This document shows, piece by piece, positions 11,210-18,470 of a stretch of DNA of 32,000 nt; position 1 is the stretch's first letter; every line of letters starts with the position of its first letter. The stretch is taken from contig DAOVER010000007.1 in the NCBI GenBank assembly GCA_030668875.1, positions 59,645-91,644 of the forward strand. The letters are read 5' to 3'. A program made the translations under genes and the position numbers. The DNA comes from Candidatus Heimdallarchaeota archaeon. GTDB lineage: Archaea; Asgardarchaeota; Heimdallarchaeia; Heimdallarchaeales; Heimdallarchaeaceae. The notes beneath the pieces were generated by a model. The model had not been told where the DNA came from and made no database searches. It saw only the letters and a program-made list of their open reading frames with translations.

Positions 11210-11677
11210 GTGACGATGACAATTTTAAAAGTTGATTTTTATTTAGAAATGATTAGCAAATCCCACAAAACTTTTCGAGAATTCTTATCTCATTTACCTG
11301 AGGATATTCTCAATTGGAGGGTGCACGAGTTTACCCCAACTGTTAGGGAATTAATTGTACATGTTATCCAAGACCAGATGTGGATAGTTAATTATATACT
11401 AGAAAAAAAAGAAGATAAACACATAATTCCAGAAAATACATCAAAATTCCTTTTAGAAGAAATTATCTCTGTTTATGATAATTTTGTAGCAGATGCAACA
11501 GAAAAACTCTCCAAAGTGAAGGATTTGAATTTAGATGATGAAAGGAATTATAAAGAATATCCTCTGGATATAGAAGATTGGTTGTTTGAGTATATTCATC
11601 ATTTACATAAGCATAGTGGAGAGATAAACATTGCTCATGTAACTTGGAAGAGAAAGGAAAGATCATTAGTTTCTTAG
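11210..11677 (+). CDS. DinB/DUF664 superfamily protein (alternative start ATG 11216)
   Basis: LNWR...TVRELIVHV N-terminal His and C-terminal HHLHKHSGEI, matching the DinB His-triad four-helix bundle pattern. Confidence 0.75.
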   Translation: MTMTILKVDFYLEMISKSHKTFREFLSHLPEDILNWRVHEFTPTVRELIVHVIQDQMWIVNYILEKKEDKHIIPENTSKFLLEEIISVYDNFVADATEKLSKVKDLNLDDERNYKEYPLDIEDWLFEYIHHLHKHSGEINIAHVTWKRKERSLVS

Positions 11678-11682
11678 TTTTT

Positions 11683-12576
11683 TCATGATTTCCCTTCTAA
11701 TGATTCTTCGGGTGTAAAAGGTTCTAAATGTATCATTAATTCTCTGAAAATTCCTTCCCTTTCCAAATCCTGCTTGACTTCTTCTGAAACTTCATGAGCT
11801 TTAAAAATAGTCATTTGTGGGTCAACTAGTATGTGAAAATTACCCGTATAATAACCCAAAATAGTTCTTAATCTGACTATGTGAACTTCCTTTACTTTAG
11901 GATGAGAAAGTGCAGTCTCTGTTAGTTTGTCTAATACTTCTTGTGGCGCTCCTTTATCAAGTAGGTCTGGAATTGATACTTTAATAATCTCAAAACCAGT
12001 AAAAATCATCAATCCTACAATTATGAATGCGCAAACAGGATCCAACCACCCAATACTGAAGTAGGAACCTACAACTGCTATTATTACAAAAATTGATGAA
12101 AAAGCATCTGTCCTATAATTTTTAGCATTAGCAATTATGACAACTGAATTTATTTTCTTCCCTATTCTAAATAGATTAATTGACATAGCTATCTTTCCCA
12201 CAAATGAAACAATTGCTACTATAAGTATTAGATACAATTTATCAAATGGGATAGGTTCTGGATTGAGCAACCTTTCTATCGCTTCACTCGCTATGAAATA
12301 TGATGAGATGAACAAGGTAAGAGCAATTGCTATACTAAATACTAATTGAAATTTTTGGTGGCCAAAAGGATGGGAAGAATCAGCAGGTTTCTTGCTGATT
12401 TTCTCACCAACACCTGCAAATGTTGCAGTTACTAAATCTAATATAGAATCAAATCCATCAGCAATTAAGCTTATAGATCCTGTAAAGAAGCCAATTGCTA
12501 ATTTAAATGCAACTAGAAGACTGTTTACTCCTACTGAAAGAATGTTTGCAATAGTTGCTGAGCTAAAAGATACCAT
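11683..12576 (-). CDS. Cation diffusion facilitator (CDF/FieF family) transporter
   Basis: SISLIADGFDSILD, KPADSSHPFGHQKF, NAKNYRTD and a C-terminal dimerisation domain (IHLEP). ATG at 12576 (the track starts at TTG 12579). Confidence 0.93.
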   Translation of the reverse strand: MVSFSSATIANILSVGVNSLLVAFKLAIGFFTGSISLIADGFDSILDLVTATFAGVGEKISKKPADSSHPFGHQKFQLVFSIAIALTLFISSYFIASEAIERLLNPEPIPFDKLYLILIVAIVSFVGKIAMSINLFRIGKKINSVVIIANAKNYRTDAFSSIFVIIAVVGSYFSIGWLDPVCAFIIVGLMIFTGFEIIKVSIPDLLDKGAPQEVLDKLTETALSHPKVKEVHIVRLRTILGYYTGNFHILVDPQMTIFKAHEVSEEVKQDLEREGIFRELMIHLEPFTPEESLEGKS

Positions 12577-12714
12577 CAATCAGCCAACTTTTTTTATAGC
12601 AATAAAGTTTATGATAAGTGATTTTAGAGGCTTGAAACACATTTTCATGAAGCTAAATTTTACGTTGCATCCAATAATATATCATTCTTCAAACATATAG
12701 TCTATTCAAAGAAA

Positions 12715-13680
12715 GTGTCAATTATGAGGGTATTTGGAAAAAATGTACACTTAGATTTCCGTAGAACTATGTATACCTTCTGGTCTTTTGTAAGGCATTT
12801 TGTATATTTCTTAGGATACTGGATCGCTAAAGTGGGTGGAATTATATTGTTTTTTTTCATTTACAAGTGGCGGAGAGAAACCAAAATTAGAAATTTGTTG
12901 AAGAACAATCAGATGACAGAGACCTTAAAAATCAGAATTAGTAAGGAAAAAGATCGAAGACAAGACAGTTTTGATGGTCTTTTCCTTTCAAGATTTTCCT
13001 ATCAGCAAGATGTTAAATTGAATAGTTTTGGTTTATTCATAATTCCTAGAAAAGGAGAAAGAGCTGAAATTGCACTTCTACGATATTCATCAGTAGTAAA
13101 AGACTTGGGATGTGATGTGTTTGTTTATAACAAACCTTCACGAGGTAATTCAAAATCGAAGCGTAGGTTTTTGGAGTTACAAAAACTTATTGAGTGTTAT
13201 AAATATTTTCAACTTAAAATAGGATTGTTGGAGAATGAAAGAATTTTCATTTTAACTGAAACCAAAGGAAGCCAATTAGCTTTATCAGTCTCAACTCAAA
13301 TAGAAACAAAAGGGATTATTCTTGATTTTACTAGAAAAAGAAAAACGCCAAAGTATTGGCAAGGTTTGATGGGGAGAGTGAAATTTCTATCTCTAGTGAA
13401 TCTAGTAACATCGATTATTGTAAAAGTAAAAACTTTGTCAAAATCAGAATGTCAAACTATTGAAATTCATACTCCTTTGATTTTGATATCTAGAAAAGAT
13501 AGGAAAACGAGATTGCTCAGATACTTGGAATACAAATTCGGTAATCTTAAGGAAGAATTGGTTAAACTAGCTATGAGGATTAAGGAAGTTGAATTCAATC
13601 AAGAATTTAGAGAAACAATATTGCTGGTTTCACGTGATGGAAAGATTAGAACTGAAGAAATAAAGAGTAATTATAATTAA
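12715..13680 (+). CDS. Membrane-anchored alpha/beta-hydrolase-fold protein, probably catalytically degenerate
   Basis: N-terminal hydrophobic helix; LGCDVFVYNKPSRGNS resembles the G-x-x-V-x-x-D-Y-R-G-x-G-x-S segment; ERIFILTETKGSQLA at the nucleophile-elbow position; KGIILD strand follows. Confidence 0.6.
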   Translation: MSIMRVFGKNVHLDFRRTMYTFWSFVRHFVYFLGYWIAKVGGIILFFFIYKWRRETKIRNLLKNNQMTETLKIRISKEKDRRQDSFDGLFLSRFSYQQDVKLNSFGLFIIPRKGERAEIALLRYSSVVKDLGCDVFVYNKPSRGNSKSKRRFLELQKLIECYKYFQLKIGLLENERIFILTETKGSQLALSVSTQIETKGIILDFTRKRKTPKYWQGLMGRVKFLSLVNLVTSIIVKVKTLSKSECQTIEIHTPLILISRKDRKTRLLRYLEYKFGNLKEELVKLAMRIKEVEFNQEFRETILLVSRDGKIRTEEIKSNYN

Positions 13681-13707
13681 GTTGATAATTAAGAAAAATG
13701 GGATAAA

Positions 13708-15057
13708 TTACTTGGCACCACTTACTTGAAGCGGTGAAAGTAACATCCAAGGAGATTTGTGTCCATGTCGATTTTGTTGTTCTTTACTGAAATCTTCTAT
13801 TTTTTCGAAAACTTCAAAGACAGTAGTACCAATCATTGCATTCTTTACAGGATATTGAACCTCTCCATCTTTAACATAAAACCCTTGATTTATCTGAGCT
13901 GAAATCTGAGGGTTACCAGACATATCGATGATAGAAGAACCTATCATGAGAATACCCTCTTTGAGATCCTCAAGAAGCGTATCCTTAGCAGTTTCTCCAG
14001 CTTTGATATCTAACGAGTATGTTGAAGGTGTAGGTCTTGATGCAAATGATCCTCGAGATGCGTGTCCAGTATTATCAAGCCCTACAAGAGGTGCGGTATA
14101 AGAATCAGTTATGTAGGTATTAAGAATACCATCCCTAACAAGTTCTAACTTCTTGGAAACTACTCCTTCATCATCGAAAGCAGAAGAATCGACTCCCCCA
14201 GGATAAAATGGGTCGTCAGTAATTGATAATTTATCCGAAGCAATTGCATCACCTATTTTGTCAACAAAGTAAGCTGTTCGATTAAATACACTGAAAGCAT
14301 TGATACCAGATGAAATAATAGGGGAGATTGTTCCCATGCAACTATCAGGATCAAGAAGGATTGGTAAAGTTGCAGATTCAATCTTTTGTGATCCGAGCAT
14401 CTTTAATGCTCGATTTCCAGCTTCCTTTCCTACAATTAAGTGATCAAAGTCAGCTAACACTTTGGAAGAATCAAAGTAATATGCATTTCCAATATCTTCT
14501 CCGTCTTGTATTTTAACGCTTAGATAGCCTGTAATTGATGTTTGTTTGGAAAACCTATCTATGCCTTGAGAACTAATGATGAATCGTTCACCGTTACCAG
14601 CTGTAAAACTACCACCTATTATAGCATCGTCTCTTACTTGAGCTTCTTGTACTCCTTCGAGAATCATTTCTGTGAAACCTTCAACTGATAAATCAATTAT
14701 GTTTTGATCAAAACAACCTTTAATCTCAGGAGTGGAGCGAGTGTCCTCAGGGAGTGTTTTGAAATTTTCATCTGGTGGACTAACTTTAGCTAAAGAATAA
14801 GCATCCTTCACAGTGCTTTCAATTGATTCATGAGAAAATATAGTTGTTGAAGCCATACCTATTGCTTTATCTTTTATGACTCTAACTCCTAAACCAGAGT
14901 TAGCAACATCAGTAAACCTTCTAATGGATCCTCTTTCTAATTGAACATTTCTAGCGGCACCATAAACAGTATAAGCTTCAACTTGATCTGCACCAAATGA
15001 TAAACCTAGTTTTATAACTTTTTCAGCTAATTCATGTAAATTTATTTTATCGGACAT
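13708..15057 (-). CDS. pmbA: PmbA/TldE family protein (start reassigned to ATG 15057, 1 nt after the tldD stop)
   Basis: GADQVEAY, GLGVRVI, FDDEGV, ELVRDGIL-x-TY-x-TD, STGH-like NTGHASR, GFYVKDGE; no HExxxH. Confidence 0.93.
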   Translation of the reverse strand: MSDKINLHELAEKVIKLGLSFGADQVEAYTVYGAARNVQLERGSIRRFTDVANSGLGVRVIKDKAIGMASTTIFSHESIESTVKDAYSLAKVSPPDENFKTLPEDTRSTPEIKGCFDQNIIDLSVEGFTEMILEGVQEAQVRDDAIIGGSFTAGNGERFIISSQGIDRFSKQTSITGYLSVKIQDGEDIGNAYYFDSSKVLADFDHLIVGKEAGNRALKMLGSQKIESATLPILLDPDSCMGTISPIISSGINAFSVFNRTAYFVDKIGDAIASDKLSITDDPFYPGGVDSSAFDDEGVVSKKLELVRDGILNTYITDSYTAPLVGLDNTGHASRGSFASRPTPSTYSLDIKAGETAKDTLLEDLKEGILMIGSSIIDMSGNPQISAQINQGFYVKDGEVQYPVKNAMIGTTVFEVFEKIEDFSKEQQNRHGHKSPWMLLSPLQVSGAK

Positions 15058-15058
15058 T

Positions 15059-16453
15059 TTATTGATTTCCTCCAATAACAATATTTGAAACACCAAGATC
15101 CGGACCACCAGCAGTAACTGGAATACCTTGACCTTGTTTCCCACATGTACCTAGAAATTTAGGTTTCCAATTCTTTCCTACAGCATAGGTGTTCTCAAAG
15201 ACTTCTAATGTCATCCCACTCATTCCAACATTACCTATCATGTCAGTCATTTCACCATTTTCAATGATATAGCCTAACTGGCAGGAGAAATAAAACTGCC
15301 CTTTTGCAGGCATAACATACCCTCCATAGGAATTTTTTAGATAAACACCTTCTTTGGTAAGTTCTGCAATTTCTTCAAGTGATTTATCACCTGAGTCGAC
15401 ATATGTGTTACCCATTCTAGCCAACGGAGTAAAATTGAAATTCATCGCTCTACCGGAACCATTGGGTTCCATGTCTAAAGCAGATGCTGTTTCAAGTGTA
15501 TGGAAATATTCTTTCAAAATACCATTTTCAACCAGTGTTCTTTTACGTGCTTTAGTACCTTCTGAATCATAATCAAAAGAACCTCTTAACCCTGGTAAGG
15601 TTGGGTCATCATAAACATTAATCTCCTCCACACCAACTTTGTTGTTAATCCTGCCTTCAAGTACTGATTGTTTTGCAATAACCGCATCAGCTTCACAAGC
15701 ATGTCCAAATGCTTCATGAACAAAAACACCAGTTAACGAAGGATCCATGATTACATTCATCCTACCAGAAGGAGGTTTTCTAGCAGATAGGAGTTTGAGA
15801 CCCATTTCAGCTGCTTTGAGACCCTCTTTCTCAGGTTCCCATTTCTGAATTAGCTCCCATCCACCTGCACCACCTATTGAATCAAAAACAGATTGCATCT
15901 CAGTTCCTTCTCTCGCAACTACGTTTTTCATTATACGAACAACATGGTTCTCATTTTCCACTTTAGTTCCCTTATTGTTTATAATAAACTCTTTACTGTG
16001 AGATTCTCTGTAAGTTGAAGATGTTTCTGCAATTCGGTCAGAAAATTCACGTGCTGCTTTTTCAGTTTGAACAATTTTTTCGAATTTAGTCTCTTTATCA
16101 ATCTCTCTTGGATCGATTTCGAGTTTTGTCCCACCTTCCCCCTCAAAAACCCAATCATCCTTAATCATTCTTTCTTGTTTGGCAAATTGCGATCCTATTT
16201 TAGCAATTCGGACAGCTTTTTCAGCAGACTTAAGAATAGATTCTTCATCTATATCAACAATAGTTGTAAATCCCCAAGCATTGCCGATTAGAGCTCTAAT
16301 AGCAACACCGCCAGTTGTCTGATTACTTACACTATCAAATCTTCCATTTCTAACTGTAAATGATTCTCCCATGGCGTAAGCATAACGAATGTCTAAGAAA
16401 TCTTTTGAGGATATACTAATTTTGTTGATTACTTTCTCTATAGTATCTAACAT
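15059..16453 (-). CDS. tldD: TldD family metalloprotease
   Basis: HEAFGHACEAD zinc motif, YDSEG, GSGRA, RMGNTY, and the C-terminal GTCGKQGQ Cys ligand. Confidence 0.95.
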   Translation of the reverse strand: MLDTIEKVINKISISSKDFLDIRYAYAMGESFTVRNGRFDSVSNQTTGGVAIRALIGNAWGFTTIVDIDEESILKSAEKAVRIAKIGSQFAKQERMIKDDWVFEGEGGTKLEIDPREIDKETKFEKIVQTEKAAREFSDRIAETSSTYRESHSKEFIINNKGTKVENENHVVRIMKNVVAREGTEMQSVFDSIGGAGGWELIQKWEPEKEGLKAAEMGLKLLSARKPPSGRMNVIMDPSLTGVFVHEAFGHACEADAVIAKQSVLEGRINNKVGVEEINVYDDPTLPGLRGSFDYDSEGTKARKRTLVENGILKEYFHTLETASALDMEPNGSGRAMNFNFTPLARMGNTYVDSGDKSLEEIAELTKEGVYLKNSYGGYVMPAKGQFYFSCQLGYIIENGEMTDMIGNVGMSGMTLEVFENTYAVGKNWKPKFLGTCGKQGQGIPVTAGGPDLGVSNIVIGGNQ

Positions 16454-16516
16454 TCTATCCTTACGTTATTTGAAATAATATAAATTTAATTATTCTACAT
16501 AAAAGAAAAGAGAAAC

Positions 16517-17542
16517 TCAAATAATAAGATCGGAAGGTTCACCACATTTTTTGCACGATGCATTTTTACCAAGATTTTTCTTTTTTATTGAATAACCCGC
16601 TCTTTCTACAAGGGTAACACCGCAGTTTTGGCAAATGGTAGAGTTGATTTCAGAATAAGGTAGATTTCCAGTATATACATATTTCATCCCGACAGCTTCT
16701 GCAATTCTGCTAGCTTCTAGAACAGTTTCAACAGGTGTAGGAGGAACATCTTGCATTTTATAATGAGGATAGAACCTGCTGAAGTGAATTGGTACTTTAT
16801 CATTCATAGAATTAAGAACCCATTCAGCAAATTGTTTGATTTCCTCTTTATTGTCGTTGTAACCTGGAATTAAAAGCATTGTGAGCTCAATATGGATGCC
16901 TTCTGAAAACATGAGAAGAACATTTTCTTTAATTTGATCTAAACCAGGAAAATGAGTTACCTTTCTATAGAAATCTTGATTAAAAGCTTTAATATCTATA
17001 TTGGCAGCGTCTATGATACCAAACAGTTCAGAAAGTGGTTCCTTATTGATTAAACCATTGGAAACTAATACGTTTCCTATATTATTTTCGTGAGCTAATT
17101 TTCCAGTATCTTTTATCCATTCAAAATTGATTAATGGTTCGTTATATGTATAAGCGATTGTATCACAATTATTATTTCTAACTTTTTCTAACGCTTGTAT
17201 TGAAGTGATATTTATCATATTGTTGCTTTCAGCTGATATTTGACTAATAGACCAGTTCTGACAATAATCACAATGTAAATTGCATCCTGCTGTTCCAAAA
17301 CTCATTGTAGAAGTTCCTGGTTTATAATGGTATATTGGTTTCTTCTCAATTGGATCGTCGTGAACTGAAGTAAACCGGTTATATCCTAATGCAAACAGTT
17401 TCCCATCTATATTTTTTCTAGACTTGCAGTTTCCAAGTTGACCTGGTTGTATTTTACACAATCGAGGACACAAAAGACAGTGAACATTCCCCCCGTCAAG
17501 TTTTTTGTAAAATTCTGCTTCGTGTAGACTCACTAAAATCAC
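16517..17542 (-). CDS. amrS: AmmeMemoRadiSam system radical SAM enzyme
   Basis: CLLCPRLC...GNCKSRKN, DPIEKKPIYHY, GCNLHCDYCQNWSISQ, YTYNEP, HFSRFYPHYKM, YVYTGN, CQNCG. Confidence 0.93.
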   Translation of the reverse strand: MILVSLHEAEFYKKLDGGNVHCLLCPRLCKIQPGQLGNCKSRKNIDGKLFALGYNRFTSVHDDPIEKKPIYHYKPGTSTMSFGTAGCNLHCDYCQNWSISQISAESNNMINITSIQALEKVRNNNCDTIAYTYNEPLINFEWIKDTGKLAHENNIGNVLVSNGLINKEPLSELFGIIDAANIDIKAFNQDFYRKVTHFPGLDQIKENVLLMFSEGIHIELTMLLIPGYNDNKEEIKQFAEWVLNSMNDKVPIHFSRFYPHYKMQDVPPTPVETVLEASRIAEAVGMKYVYTGNLPYSEINSTICQNCGVTLVERAGYSIKKKNLGKNASCKKCGEPSDLII

Positions 17543-17584
17543 AGATCTCTCTATGTTTATGTATTATAATAAAAACTTCACAAA

Positions 17585-17605
17585 ATCGACTTTAAATCTG
17601 TCGAT
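17585..17605. promoter_or_regulatory. Inverted repeat ATCGAC-N9-GTCGAT flanking a TTTAAA TATA-like box in the amrS / HTH-regulator divergent promoter
   Basis: Read directly from the sequence (atcgac tttaaatct gtcgat). The operator role is inferred from position only. Confidence 0.4.
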
Positions 17606-17688
17606 AATAAACAAATAAACATAAAAAAATACAAATTAAACCAAAAATTAAAAAACCTTCAACGCGAATTCCTCTTGGGTATAGATAA

Positions 17689-18438
17689 ATGAGTTCGAAA
17701 AAACAAAAAGCTAAGTCAGTTCATAAAGATTTGAACATAATAAAACTCAAAAAAGGTGAAACTGTCAATATGAGCAAAGCTTTAGGGTCAAACATTCGAC
17801 TTGCAATTTTAAGATTAACTTCTAAGGAAGAACTGAATCTTTCTGAAATCGCTGAAAAAGTTGTTTATGAAGCCAAAGACGCAGATGGAAATATTATCCA
17901 GAAAAAAGGTAGTACTCCTCAAGCAATTTATCACCATCTACAAATTCTAGAGAAGTCTAAGTTAATTCAAGTTGTGAGAGAAGAAAAAATCAAAAACATG
18001 AATAAAACAATAAAATACTATCGTGCAAGTTATGAACCTGATGGAATCAATATACTATTGTGGGCACCTTTAGATGTGATTGAACACACCTATTTGGAAT
18101 CTATGACTCCTATCCCAGAAAAACCTGTGGAAAGAATAGTCAAGAAAATAGCTGGTAAAGTTTTTGGGGACCTAACCGATGCAAAAATAGAAGTGCTAAC
18201 TGCTGTTGTTAAGAGTATGATAGATAACACTCACGATTCTATGAACTCTCTAAGAGAAGAATATGAACTTGATATCGATGAGAAATTATGGAGTTTAATA
18301 CTGCTATTTTCTAATCTCTCTGTTATGAGTTCAACGAAGAAGCTAATTGAGGACGAGAAATACAGACGACAACTTGATGATCTTTTCTCATTAATAGTTG
18401 AAGAAAAGCAAGAGTATTATACAAATAATACAAGTTGA
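17689..18438 (+). CDS. ArsR-like winged helix-turn-helix transcriptional regulator with a C-terminal helical domain
   Basis: KALGSNIRLAILRL, LNLSEIAEK, TPQAIYHHLQILEKSKLIQVV, wing KYYR. Confidence 0.88.
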   Translation: MSSKKQKAKSVHKDLNIIKLKKGETVNMSKALGSNIRLAILRLTSKEELNLSEIAEKVVYEAKDADGNIIQKKGSTPQAIYHHLQILEKSKLIQVVREEKIKNMNKTIKYYRASYEPDGINILLWAPLDVIEHTYLESMTPIPEKPVERIVKKIAGKVFGDLTDAKIEVLTAVVKSMIDNTHDSMNSLREEYELDIDEKLWSLILLFSNLSVMSSTKKLIEDEKYRRQLDDLFSLIVEEKQEYYTNNTS

Positions 18439-18470
18439 ACAAATTCATTCGAATTGTAATCAATTGTAAC

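Noticed and set aside
13708-17542. Radical SAM + TldD/PmbA as a RiPP biosynthetic cluster
   Set aside because: The radical SAM is the housekeeping AmmeMemoRadiSam type with no RRE/SPASM features, tldD has its own TATA-like box about 27 nt upstream, and no precursor peptide is evident.
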